From: Syntrophorhabdaceae bacterium
GTDB lineage: Bacteria; Desulfobacterota; Syntrophorhabdia; Syntrophorhabdales; Syntrophorhabdaceae
Assembly (NCBI GenBank): GCA_963665295.1
Contig: OY762209.1
Coordinates: 2,208,001-2,272,000, forward strand
Length of the DNA stretch: 64,000 bases
Direction of reading: 5' to 3'
The translations under genes and the position numbers were made by a program. The notes under the pieces are model-generated. The model ran no database searches and had not been told where the DNA came from. It saw only the letters and a program-made list of their open reading frames with translations. Every line of letters starts with the position of its first letter. Position 1 is the stretch's first letter. Shown here in pieces: positions 1-9,638 of this stretch.

Positions 1-654
1 ACTTTCAAGCTGTCCAGAGACAAGAAGTTCGTGGAGAAACTGACCGATGTGGTGGGCGTCTATCTCAATCCTCCCGACAAAGCGGTGGTACTCTGTGTGG
101 ATGAGAAAAGCCAGGTGCAGGCCCTGGACCGGACCCAGCCGGGATTACCGATGAAGAAGGGGCGCTGCGGCACGATGACCCACGACTACAAAAGGAACGG
201 CACTACCTGTCTTTTTGCCGCCCTCAATGTTCTGGAAGGAAAAGTCATAGGCTCCTGCTATCCCCGCCACAGAAATACCGAATTTCTTAAGTTCCTGCGT
301 ACCATAGACCGTCAGGTGCCAAAGGGCCTCGATGTCCATATGATTCTCGACAACTACGGAACTCATACCCACCCCAATGTGAAAGCATGGCTCGAAAAAC
401 ACCCCCGTTTCGTTCCCCACTTTACACCCACAAGCTCGTCGTGGCTTAACCTGGTGGAGCGCTGGTTCGGGGAGATCACACGAAAGAGAATTCGTCGCGG
501 CATCTTCAAAAGCGTTCAGGAACTGGTGACCGCCATCGAAGAATATATTCGCTGCAACAACGAAGACCCCAAACCCTTCGTATGGACCAGGAAGGCCGAG
601 GAGATACTTGAAAAAGTGAATCGCTGTAAAGGCGTTACTGAGACACTACACTAG
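1..654 (+). mobile_element. IS630-family transposase, 3' part (5' end outside window); right end ...ACACTACACTAG
   Basis: Frame open from base 1 ([14 protein letters not shown]...); DDE motifs [24 protein letters not shown]; the stop codon coincides with a CTAG at the element end. Confidence 0.92.
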
Positions 655-824
655 GCGGAGGATAAGGTCCAACCCGAACCCGCCGGATCATCCCGGCCGG
701 CCTTGAGAAACCGGCTGTCGGGACATGGTATGGCGGATCCGACATTAAAGGTTAATTATATCCATATCATCCTGGAAGAGACAAATTAGGCCTGTTTGTC
801 GCAACAAATAAGTTTATAAAAGTA

Positions 825-851
825 TTAAGTTTGGCCTTAATCATCCGATCA
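825..851 (+). promoter_or_regulatory. sigma28 (FliA) promoter of flagellin
   Basis: TTAAGTTT-N11-TCCGATCA versus consensus TAAAGTTT-N11-GCCGATAA, upstream of a flagellin gene. Confidence 0.75.
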
Positions 852-1036
852 TCAGTATATGCGAGAGAAAGAAACCAAATAAAACCAAACGGCTGTTGGA
901 GAGGCAGTTGCCATGTACTCTGCAACAAAGGTACAAACCGGTTCACGCACGCAAAAGGCAGTTCAGACCGCAACAAGGCAGTTCTCATAGCAAAATAAGG
1001 GCATGATGCCCGATAGAGACAAACAGGAGGTTTGCC

Positions 1037-2524
1037 GTGGCTTTCAGGGTCAATACGAACATATCAGCCGTGAATACGCAACGATGGCTCGGAGTTTCAA
1101 GCGCATCCCAGTCGAAAGCCCTGGAAAGGCTCTCAAGCGGCTATAAGATAAACAAGGCCGCCGACGACGCGGCAGGTATCGCGATTACCACCAAGCTGAA
1201 CGTGAAGTCCGTTTCCATGACGAAATCCATCGACAACGGAAATCAGGCCCTTTCCATGCTCCAGACCGCTGAAGGCGGTATGGACCAGATCTCAAATATC
1301 CTGACGAGGCTCAAGGAGCTCTCCATCCAGGCGGCTTCCGACAACACCACGGACAGAACGTCCCTGGACAATGAGAGGAGCTACCTCGAAACAGAAATCA
1401 GCAACATAGCCCGGAACACTCAATACGGCACCACATCGCTCCTTCAGGGCACGAAGACCCTCGGTTCCACCGGCTCCGCCCTTACCGCGGCAAACGGCAT
1501 CGCCAATATCGATGTATCGAACGCGCTTACCTCGGCGGGTTCCACCTTCACCCTCACCATGACCGCGGCCTCGGCGGGCGCCGCCACGGTTACCCTCACG
1601 AACGGCACCTCCACCCAGAGCATATGCCTGTCCGGCCTGACCGGGTTCAACGAGGGGACCGCGAATTTCAGCGCCTTCGGCGTCAAGGTGACCGTGAATG
1701 CCGCGGCTGCAACCATCGCTGCGAACAATGGGTTCACCGTGGGGGGAAGCGGGGGGACAACGACGAAGGTGCTGGACGAAGCAGGGCTTCTTATAAATAG
1801 TGCACCCGCATACGGCATCGTGAGTGTCGATGTGTCGGATGCGATAATCCCCGTCAATTATTACGGCCTCGACGTAGCCTGGGATTCAGGCAACGATTCG
1901 GTCGTGGTAGGCCTCTGGGACCTGAATGACATGACTCATCAGGATATCACTATTTTGAACGTGAGCGTAGTGGGCGAGAATGTGCTCGATTTCACCGACT
2001 ATGGCGTAAAGATAACCTGCAATGAAGACATCGTCGATGCGGACGCATGCACGCCGTTTAGTGTGGGCGGCCAGTTTAAAGTCAAGGCCGTCACCACCGG
2101 CGGCTCCTCGGCCTCATCTTTCGAATTTCAGTTGGGGGACACCAGCAGTACGTCCAACCAGATATCGGCAGGCATCAAAAACTTCGAGTACGACAGCGCC
2201 GACGTGCTTAACCTCGCCGGAGGCAGTATTGCCACGAAGACGGGCGCCCAGGCCTACATGACCAGGATCGATACGGCCATGAATAACCTCACCACCGAAC
2301 GGGGCAACCTTGGCGCGTCCATGAACCAGATCAGCTACCACGTGGCAAATCTCGTGACCATGGGCGAGAATATCAAATCGTCGGTGTCGACCATCAAGGA
2401 CGCCGACTTTGCGGCAGAAATGGCGGACTTTACAAAAGCCCAGATACTCCAGCAGTCGGGGGTCGCCATGCTCGCTCAGGCGAACTCCATACCGCAACAG
2501 ATACTTTCACTCCTTAAGGGGTAA
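1037..2524 (+). CDS. fliC: Flagellin
   Basis: N-terminal RVNTNISA...LERLSSGYKINKAADDAAG; C-terminal IKDADFAAEMADFTKAQILQQSGVAMLAQANSIPQQILSLL; AGGAGG RBS before GTG. Confidence 0.97.
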   Translation: MAFRVNTNISAVNTQRWLGVSSASQSKALERLSSGYKINKAADDAAGIAITTKLNVKSVSMTKSIDNGNQALSMLQTAEGGMDQISNILTRLKELSIQAASDNTTDRTSLDNERSYLETEISNIARNTQYGTTSLLQGTKTLGSTGSALTAANGIANIDVSNALTSAGSTFTLTMTAASAGAATVTLTNGTSTQSICLSGLTGFNEGTANFSAFGVKVTVNAAAATIAANNGFTVGGSGGTTTKVLDEAGLLINSAPAYGIVSVDVSDAIIPVNYYGLDVAWDSGNDSVVVGLWDLNDMTHQDITILNVSVVGENVLDFTDYGVKITCNEDIVDADACTPFSVGGQFKVKAVTTGGSSASSFEFQLGDTSSTSNQISAGIKNFEYDSADVLNLAGGSIATKTGAQAYMTRIDTAMNNLTTERGNLGASMNQISYHVANLVTMGENIKSSVSTIKDADFAAEMADFTKAQILQQSGVAMLAQANSIPQQILSLLKG

Positions 2525-2633
2525 CAGGTGATGCGCTTTCTTTCACTGTAAACCCACACCGCCCCAAAAAGCGCCATGCTTCTTTTGTGGACGTGCCAAG
2601 ACCCTTTACTTATCGGTTCAAAACTGATTTAAT

Positions 2634-4085
2634 ATGTCCTCGGTTTTGCCTGCCATGTATGATTCGGAACTCGCCATTGTCGATGTAGAGACGACCGGTC
2701 TTTCCGCCCAGTTTAACAGGGTGATAGAGATCGCAGTCGTGAGGGTCCGGGGTAACGAAGTGGTGGAAACGTATTCCAGCCTTGTCGATCCCGGAGTGAC
2801 TATCCCGCCCTATGTCGAGGGGCTCACGGGGATCACCAACGGGGACCTCAAGGGTGCTCCTGATTTTTCCGCTATCCGGAACGATGTCATGAGAGTCCTG
2901 GAAGGCGCGGTGTTCGTTGCCCATAACGCCCGGTTCGACTATGATTTTATAAAGGAGGAGTTCCGGCGCGCCCGGATGATGTTCAGCGCGAAGTGTTTGT
3001 GCACTATGCGCCTCTCGCGCCGCCTCTTTCCGGAACAGAGAAAACACGGTCTCGACAGTATAATGGGGAGATTCGGCCTCCAGTGTTCATCCCGCCACCG
3101 GGCATTGGGCGACGCCATGCTCCTATGGGATTTCATCAAGGCCATTAAGGGACGCTTCGAGGAATCGACGTTGAAACAGGCCTTTGCAAAGGTCCTGAAG
3201 ACGCCTGTTTTCCCTCCTCTCGTGGATGAATCGGCGGTCAAGAACCTCCCGGAGTCGACGGGGGTCTACATATTCCGCAACCAGGACGGTGGGCCGCTTT
3301 ATGTGGGGAAAAGCACCAACATCAGGGGAAGGGTCCTTTCCCACTTCTCGGACGGGTCTGCATCGGCGAGGGAGGACCACTTCTCCCGACAGACGACCGA
3401 CATAAAGGCCATAGAAACAGCGGGCGAGTTTGGCGCGCTTATCCTTGAAACCCGGTTGATAAAAGAGTTGCAGCCTCTCTATAACCGCCGGTCGCGGGCC
3501 GCAAAAAGGCTCGTGGTGGCGAAAAAGGCCGGGAACGAGTCAGGGTACATCACTGTCCGCCTTGAGCAGACCGATTTTATCGATCCCGGGGACCTGGAAA
3601 ATATCGTGGGCATTTTCAAATCGACGAAACAGGCAAAGGAGTTCTTCCGGGAGGCCGCCTCACAGCAAAGGCTTTGCCCGAGGATGCTCGGATTGGAAAA
3701 GGGTGGGGAGGAATGTACCTCCCGCGAGTCAGGCAAGTGCGAGGGGGCGTGTACAGGCGCTGAGCCCCCTTCGCAATACAACCTGAGATTCGCCATGGCG
3801 ACAACAGGGCGAAGCGTCAGGGCATGGCCTTTTTCAGGACCGGTCCTGATCGAGGAAAAGGCGGGCAACGGGACCGCGGGAGACGCCTTTCTCATGGACA
3901 AGTGGTGTCTTCTCGCTTCCTTCGAATTCGATGAGCATGGCCCGAGGGAGAAGTTTTCCGGCGATTACATCTTTGACTATGAAATATACAGGATATTGCT
4001 CCACTACCTCATGAGGCCGGGAAACAAACCCCGTCTCCGGGAAATCACCCGCGAGGAGATGGAAGCCCTCCGGTCCCGCACCTGA
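2634..4085 (+). CDS. DEDDh 3'-5' exonuclease (DnaQ-like) fused to a UvrC/Cho-like GIY-YIG nuclease domain
   Basis: ExoI DVETTG, ExoII AHNARFD, ExoIII HRALGDA; GVYIF...LYVGKS..IRGRV GIY-YIG motif; downstream Cys cluster. Confidence 0.88.
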   Translation: MSSVLPAMYDSELAIVDVETTGLSAQFNRVIEIAVVRVRGNEVVETYSSLVDPGVTIPPYVEGLTGITNGDLKGAPDFSAIRNDVMRVLEGAVFVAHNARFDYDFIKEEFRRARMMFSAKCLCTMRLSRRLFPEQRKHGLDSIMGRFGLQCSSRHRALGDAMLLWDFIKAIKGRFEESTLKQAFAKVLKTPVFPPLVDESAVKNLPESTGVYIFRNQDGGPLYVGKSTNIRGRVLSHFSDGSASAREDHFSRQTTDIKAIETAGEFGALILETRLIKELQPLYNRRSRAAKRLVVAKKAGNESGYITVRLEQTDFIDPGDLENIVGIFKSTKQAKEFFREAASQQRLCPRMLGLEKGGEECTSRESGKCEGACTGAEPPSQYNLRFAMATTGRSVRAWPFSGPVLIEEKAGNGTAGDAFLMDKWCLLASFEFDEHGPREKFSGDYIFDYEIYRILLHYLMRPGNKPRLREITREEMEALRSRT

Positions 4086-4094
4086 ACACAAGCC

Positions 4095-4724
4095 TTAACG
4101 GTGCACTCTTATAACGGCTATTACTTTCCCCTGGGCCTCCACGTTTGACGCGTCGTAATAGAGGGGCATCATGTAGGGGTTGCACGGCTGGAGGCGCACT
4201 TTCTCGTTTTCATAATAGATTTTCTTGAGGGTTACCTCCTGTTCGTTCCTGAGCCAGCAGGCGACTACGTCCCCGTTTTTAATGTCCGCGGTCTGTTCCA
4301 TCACCACGATATCGGAATCCGCGATCATGGCGTCGACCATGGAATTGCCCTTTACCTCCAGGGCAAAGACGTCCCTCTTGCCCTTCGTTATCTCCGGGGA
4401 CACCTCTATGGTCCTTTCCGTGAGGCTGCTCCACCTGTCCGCGGAGGGGACCCATATGGGCCGGCCCGCCGAGATAGTCCCCAGGATGGGTATCTCCACA
4501 AGCTGCCTGATCTCCCCGGGTATGGATATGCTCCTGAATTTCTCTTTTTCCCTTGTAATGAGCCCTGCTTCTTCAAGCTTGTTGAGGTGGTACTGGACAA
4601 CGGAGGTGCTCCTTATGCCGCAGTGTCCGGCAATCTCCCTGACCGTGGGGGCATAATCCTTCCCGACCTTGAATTTCTGGATGAAGGCCAGGATACTTTC
4701 CCGCGTGGGTGAGGTCTTTGCCAT
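4095..4724 (-). CDS. lexA: LexA repressor
   Basis: wHTH (PTVREIA...STSVVQYHL), Ala-Gly cleavage site ISAGRP, catalytic Ser GNSM and Lys TLKK. Confidence 0.95.
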   Translation of the reverse strand: MAKTSPTRESILAFIQKFKVGKDYAPTVREIAGHCGIRSTSVVQYHLNKLEEAGLITREKEKFRSISIPGEIRQLVEIPILGTISAGRPIWVPSADRWSSLTERTIEVSPEITKGKRDVFALEVKGNSMVDAMIADSDIVVMEQTADIKNGDVVACWLRNEQEVTLKKIYYENEKVRLQPCNPYMMPLYYDASNVEAQGKVIAVIRVHR

Positions 4725-4728
4725 TATC

Positions 4729-4764
4729 TAGAATAAATGTACTAATAAAATGTATAAAAGTCAA
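4729..4764 (-). promoter_or_regulatory. lexA sigma70 promoter with overlapping degenerate SOS box
   Basis: Minus strand TTGACT-N17-TACATT; TAGAATAAATGTACTA at 4729-4744 overlaps the -10. Confidence 0.7.
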
Positions 4765-4781
4765 GCAGTTTTAAAAATAGC

Positions 4782-4810
4782 TTGATTATATAGAACATAT
4801 GTTCTATATT
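4782..4810 (+). promoter_or_regulatory. imuB-dnaE2 promoter with SOS box
   Basis: TTGATT-N17-TATATT; perfect 22-bp palindrome ATATAGAACATATGTTCTATAT (4788-4809) containing GAAC-N4-GTTC. Confidence 0.85.
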
Positions 4811-4816
4811 GAGTGC

Positions 4817-6007
4817 ATGAGGATCGTCTGTGTCCACATCCCCCATTTCCACGTGCAGGTCGAGAGGCTGAAGCGCCGCAATCTCGAGGGGCGCCCGGTC
4901 ATCGTGGGCGGCCGTCCCGACGAGCGGGCGCCCGTGATCGACTGCTCGGAGGAGGCCGCGGAAAGGGGCGTCCGGCCGTCGCTTACGCTCAAGGAGGCAT
5001 ACCACCTCTGTCCGGACGCGGTCTTTGTCCGGTTTGAAGAGGGAGAGGGTACGGCTCTCTGGGAGGAGATCGCTTCAATGCTCCAGTCTTTCAGCGTGAG
5101 GATCGATGCGCCCGATCCGGGCGTCGCCTATCTCGATATTACGAAAGCCCTGAACGTATATGGAGATGAAAGTGCTCTCGCCGCCCGCATCGTGAGGGGG
5201 ATAGAGGAGCTTTCACACCTGGAGGCAAGGGCGGGCATCGGCAATTCCCGTTTTGTCGCGCGCATGGCCGTCCCCATGACAAAGGAGCGTGTCCACGTGA
5301 TCCCTCCCGGCACGGAGAAGCGGTTTGTCTCATCCCTCCCGGTGGAGACCCTCCCGGTGGAAAGAGAGATCAAGGAGAGGCTTACCCTCCTGGGGCTTCA
5401 CAACCTGGGGAAGATCGCCCCCCTTTCCGTGGAATCTCTCATCGCCCAGTTCGGCCGCCCGGGCAAACTGATCTCGGAGCTCTCGAAGGGGGCCGGGGAG
5501 GGCCGCCCCATCCCGAGAATGGAGAACAGCGTCTACCCTGAAAGAGAAGTGATATGCGAGGCCCCCATAGAGGTCATGGGATATCTCGGAGTTTTCCTGG
5601 GCGGGGCCGTGGCGGAGATCGCGGAGGAGCTTGCGGGGATGAGGAGGCTCTGCCGTGCCATAAAGCTTATTCTGTACCTCCGAAACGGAAGCGTTCTGGA
5701 GAGGCAATGGATTATGCACGCCCCGACGGCCTCCGGGGAAGAGATGACCCGGAGGATCATGGACGGGCTCGCGGCAGTCGCGATAGAGAGTCCCATAACG
5801 GGTTTCAGGGTTAATGTCCGCGCCCTTTCCCGGCGGGAACCCATCCCCGACACGCTCTTCAAGGCGAAGCCGCATATCGGCGAGAGTCTCAAAAGCGTAA
5901 AGGACTACCTGAAAACCAAGTATGGCACCCTCCCCCTGGTAAAAGTAGAGGAGAGGGACCCCATGGCGCGGCTCCCCGAAAGAAGGTTTGTATTCGTTGA
6001 ACCATGA
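4817..6007 (+). CDS. imuB: ImuB/ImuY-like inactive Y-family DNA polymerase
   Basis: IMS fold (RPVIVGG...IDCSEEAAERGV...EAYHLCPDA, GVAYLDIT) lacking catalytic acidic residues; sits between lexA and dnaE2; start refined to MRIVCV. Confidence 0.85.
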   Translation: MRIVCVHIPHFHVQVERLKRRNLEGRPVIVGGRPDERAPVIDCSEEAAERGVRPSLTLKEAYHLCPDAVFVRFEEGEGTALWEEIASMLQSFSVRIDAPDPGVAYLDITKALNVYGDESALAARIVRGIEELSHLEARAGIGNSRFVARMAVPMTKERVHVIPPGTEKRFVSSLPVETLPVEREIKERLTLLGLHNLGKIAPLSVESLIAQFGRPGKLISELSKGAGEGRPIPRMENSVYPEREVICEAPIEVMGYLGVFLGGAVAEIAEELAGMRRLCRAIKLILYLRNGSVLERQWIMHAPTASGEEMTRRIMDGLAAVAIESPITGFRVNVRALSRREPIPDTLFKAKPHIGESLKSVKDYLKTKYGTLPLVKVEERDPMARLPERRFVFVEP

Positions 6008-6267
6008 AGAGCGCTCTCCATAATTCCCCCTACAAACCGGAGGCAATAGAAGTGACGGAAAGATCGGGAAAACTCACGGCGATAAGGACCGTAAAAAGGA
6101 CCTTCATCATCGTCCGCATACTTAATATGTGGCGTATAGACGAAGATTGGTGGCGGACGCCTGTCTCAAGGCTCTATTACTCCCTGGAGTTAGACACGGG
6201 AAACCGCATGACCGTCTTTCGTGACATAATAAGCGGTCGTTGGTACAAACAGAATTATGGAGGGTAG
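6004..6267 (+). CDS. Small DUF6504-like protein of imuB-dnaE2 cassettes
   Basis: W-R-I-D-E-D-W-W ... R-L-Y-Y ... G-R-W-Y pattern; ATGA overlap with imuB. Confidence 0.7.
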   Translation: MKSALHNSPYKPEAIEVTERSGKLTAIRTVKRTFIIVRILNMWRIDEDWWRTPVSRLYYSLELDTGNRMTVFRDIISGRWYKQNYGG

Positions 6268-9200
6268 TGGAACCCTTTCCCGGTTTACAATGATGGAGAC
6301 AAATCATAACTGCGGACCATATGCGGAGCTTCACTGCCATTCCAATTTTTCGCTCCTCGACGGCGCAACACACCCGGAAGAGCTTGTGGCGAAGGCGGCT
6401 CAAATGGGGATGGCCGCCCTTGCCATTACGGACCATGACGGGCTCTACGCCGTATGCAGGTTTTATAAGGCGGCAAAAGACGCGGGCATCAAGCCCGTAA
6501 CGGGCGCGGAGATCACCCTTGAAGGCGGTCTCCATGTTGTCCTCCTCGTCGAAAACGGGACCGGTTATGTCAACCTGTCCCGGCTTATCACGAAGGCCCA
6601 GCTTTCCGGGGTCAAGGGGGAGCCTATCCTGCGTTTTGCCGACCTTGCAGACCATAGGGAAGGGCTTATCTGTCTCTCGGGGTGTGGCAAGGGGGAGGTT
6701 CCGGCCCTTCTCAGACAGGGAGAGGACGAAAAGGCATATGTCGCTGCGCAAAGATACCATTCCCTTTTCGGGGGCGCACATTTTTTCATCGAACTCGAAA
6801 ACCACCTCAACCCCGATGACGCGAAGCTCTGCGCGAAACTCAGCGCCATTGCGAAGAGGCTGGGAGCGGGCACGGTGGCGACGAATAACGTCCATTACGG
6901 GACGAGGGAGGGTTCCAGGCTTCACGATGTCCTCGTGTGCATCAAGAACAGGGTAACCCTCGATAACTCGACCGCCCTCCGGAGGGCCAACTCGGAATAC
7001 TTCCTCAAAGATTATAAAGCGATGGCCCGTCTCCCCGGACTTCCGGAGGACGCCGTCAGGCGGAGCATCGAGATTGCCGGGCGGTGTACCTTCGATCTCG
7101 ATTTCTCCTCCTACTCTTTCCCGGATTACCCCCTTCCAGAGGGGGAAGACACTGCGGGGTACCTGAAAAGGCTCTCCTTCGAGAAGGCCCGCGAGAGGTA
7201 CGGGGAGCTTACGGAAGCCATTCGGGAAAGGCTCCGACATGAACTCGACCTTATCGGGATGAAGGGGTTGCCGGGTTATTTCCTCATTGTCTGGGATATC
7301 ATGGAATATGCCCGGAGAATGGGCATCCTTGCCCAGGGCAGGGGCTCCGCGGCAAGCTCCGTTGTGGCCTACGTCCTTGGGATCACGCCTGTGGACCCCA
7401 TAAAGCACCAGCTCTTCGTGGGCAGGTTCCTCAACGAGTCGGCGGTCCCCGATATCGATATAGACATCTCAACCCACAGGAGGGAAGAGGTCATTCAATA
7501 TGTCTATGAAAAATACGGCGCGGAGCATGCGGCGATGGTCTGCACCTATGTGACCTTCCAGTCGCGGAATGCGGTGAGAGAGGTGGGCAAGGTGCTGGGC
7601 CTCCCCACGCATGTACTCGATAGGATGGCGAAATCCGTTTCCTCATACGGAAGCCGTCACATGATCGGGGACCTTATGGAGGTGCCCGAATTCAAGGGAT
7701 ACCTCGATACGGAGGCATGGCGCCATTTCCAGGACCTCTGCACGAAGATAGCCGATTTTCCGCGCCACCTGTCCATTCACGTGGGAGGGATGATCATTAC
7801 CTCAAAACCTGTTTCCGAAATAGTGCCCCTCGAAAGGGCAAGGGCGGAAGGGCGGGTCGTCTGCCAGTGGGACAAGGATTCCGTGGACGACGCGGGGCTT
7901 GTCAAGGTGGACCTCCTCGGATTACGCATGCTCTCCATGATCGACGAGACAACGCAACTCATAAGAGAGCGTCACGGCATGGAGATGAGGTATGACCGGC
8001 TGCCCGCCGACGATCCCCGGGTATACGATCTGATCGGGGAGGCGGACACAGTAGGGGTATTCCAGGTGGAAAGCAGGGCACAGATGCAGACCTTGCCCAA
8101 GGTCAAGCCCCGCTCCATCGAGGACCTGGCTGTAGAGGTGGCCATTGTGAGGCCGGGCCCGCTCCAGGGGAACATGGTACATCCCTATATCAGGAGGAGA
8201 CAGGGCGCCGAGGAGGTGAACCACCTCCATCCCTGCCTTGCACCCATTCTTGACGAGACCCTCGGGGTCATCCTTTTCCAGGAGCAGATACTCCAGGTGG
8301 CCTGCGAGGTCGCGGGGTTTACCACGGGGGAGGCGAACAAGCTCCGGAAGGCGATGGGACGGAAGAACGCAAAAGAGGAACTCATGAAGTGGCACGGGCG
8401 GTTCATCGAAGGCGGCAGGGAGAGGGGGGTGGACGAGGAAACGGGGCAGAAGATATTCGACCATATATGCGGCTTTGCGGAGTTCGGTTTCTGCAAGAGC
8501 CATGCGGCGAGCTTTGCGATCCTCTGCTACGCCTCGGCCTTTTACAAAAGATACTACCCGGCGGAGTTCTTCTGCGCCCTCCTCAACAATCAGCCCATGG
8601 GTTTCTATATCCCCGAGGTCGTGACGGGAGACGCAAAACGGCACGGGGTGACCATGCTGCCCGTTGACATCAACAGGAGCTTCTGGAGTTGTTCTGTTGA
8701 AAGCGGGGGGATACGGATCGGGTTCAGGTATGTAAAGGAGATGGGGAAGGAGAAGGCGAGACCGGTCCTCGACAAAAGGGCAAAGGGCGGCCCGTATCTT
8801 TCTTTGGAAGATTTCTATGCGAGGACGGACCTCGACAGGGAATCGGTCCGGCATCTTATTGCCACAGGGGCCTTTGACGGGGTCGAACGGTCAAGGAGAC
8901 AACTCCTCTGGGACGCGGGCATCATGGTCGCTTCCGGAGCCCCTGCAATGGGTCTGAAATTACATGAAAGGATACCCCTCGACGAGATGACCCCCCGGGA
9001 GGAACTGGTTGCAGATTATATCATCCAGGGTTTTTCCGCATCGGGCCACCTGCTTGCACTGTTCCGGGAAGGATTGACCGCCCTTGGCGCCATCAAAAGT
9101 TCCGGCCTTGCCGGGCGCATTTCAGGGGACGCGGTGAAGATCGGGGGCTACTGCATATGTCTTCAGGTGCCGCCCACGGCAAAGGGTTTCGCCTTTCTGA

Positions 9201-9397
9201 CCTTTGAAGACGAGGAAGGGCTGGTAAATGTCATATTGAAACCGGACCAATACAAACGGTACAGACCGCTGGTCCGTCTCGAACCCTTGTTGCTTGTGGA
9301 CGGCATTGTTCAAAAGAAGGACGGCATCATAAATGTTATGGCAAAGAGGCTTATGGACCTCAGACGGGAAATTCCCCTGTCGGATATGCTCTCATAA
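6257..9397 (+). CDS. dnaE2: Error-prone DNA polymerase III alpha subunit DnaE2 (ImuC)
   Basis: PHP ELHCHSNFSLLDG/TDH, GRGSAASS, PDIDID, PRHLSIHVGG, FQVESRAQM, FCKSHAASF, C-terminal OB fold; start could instead be ~6290. Confidence 0.95.
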   Translation: MEGSGTLSRFTMMETNHNCGPYAELHCHSNFSLLDGATHPEELVAKAAQMGMAALAITDHDGLYAVCRFYKAAKDAGIKPVTGAEITLEGGLHVVLLVENGTGYVNLSRLITKAQLSGVKGEPILRFADLADHREGLICLSGCGKGEVPALLRQGEDEKAYVAAQRYHSLFGGAHFFIELENHLNPDDAKLCAKLSAIAKRLGAGTVATNNVHYGTREGSRLHDVLVCIKNRVTLDNSTALRRANSEYFLKDYKAMARLPGLPEDAVRRSIEIAGRCTFDLDFSSYSFPDYPLPEGEDTAGYLKRLSFEKARERYGELTEAIRERLRHELDLIGMKGLPGYFLIVWDIMEYARRMGILAQGRGSAASSVVAYVLGITPVDPIKHQLFVGRFLNESAVPDIDIDISTHRREEVIQYVYEKYGAEHAAMVCTYVTFQSRNAVREVGKVLGLPTHVLDRMAKSVSSYGSRHMIGDLMEVPEFKGYLDTEAWRHFQDLCTKIADFPRHLSIHVGGMIITSKPVSEIVPLERARAEGRVVCQWDKDSVDDAGLVKVDLLGLRMLSMIDETTQLIRERHGMEMRYDRLPADDPRVYDLIGEADTVGVFQVESRAQMQTLPKVKPRSIEDLAVEVAIVRPGPLQGNMVHPYIRRRQGAEEVNHLHPCLAPILDETLGVILFQEQILQVACEVAGFTTGEANKLRKAMGRKNAKEELMKWHGRFIEGGRERGVDEETGQKIFDHICGFAEFGFCKSHAASFAILCYASAFYKRYYPAEFFCALLNNQPMGFYIPEVVTGDAKRHGVTMLPVDINRSFWSCSVESGGIRIGFRYVKEMGKEKARPVLDKRAKGGPYLSLEDFYARTDLDRESVRHLIATGAFDGVERSRRQLLWDAGIMVASGAPAMGLKLHERIPLDEMTPREELVADYIIQGFSASGHLLALFREGLTALGAIKSSGLAGRISGDAVKIGGYCICLQVPPTAKGFAFLTFEDEEGLVNVILKPDQYKRYRPLVRLEPLLLVDGIVQKKDGIINVMAKRLMDLRREIPLSDMLS

Positions 9398-9448
9398 GAT
9401 TACGCCCATGGGCCGCAGACCATGTCCGGGCCCGTATGTGAAATTTTT

Positions 9449-9579
9449 CATTTCTAAAATTGTCTTTACATAATTGAAACTATTTTAAATCCCTTCCTCC
9501 TTCATAAAAACCCCCGCCGTTCATAAGACACCGTAATAACAAGTAAAAGGTCCTGGACCACGTGCGGCACGATATTTGC
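9449..9579 (+). promoter_or_regulatory. sigma54 promoter with upstream activator site (copy A)
   Basis: CGGCACGATATTTGC (GG 9566, GC 9578); AT-rich motif at 9449-9494 shared with 32013 and 37358. Confidence 0.75.
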
Positions 9580-9638
9580 CTTACCTTATGCAGTATGTGT
9601 TGGGCGTTACGCCCTCACCATAGAGGAGGTGTCCTACC

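Noticed and set aside
925..970. c-di-GMP-I riboswitch in the flagellin leader (CAAACC...ACGCAAA)
   Set aside because: It lacks the GNRA-capped P2 stem between the two motifs; only a covariance-model hit could support it
1009..1016. Second sigma28 -10 (CCCGATAG) near the flagellin RBS
   Set aside because: There is no matching -35 element at the 11-nt spacing
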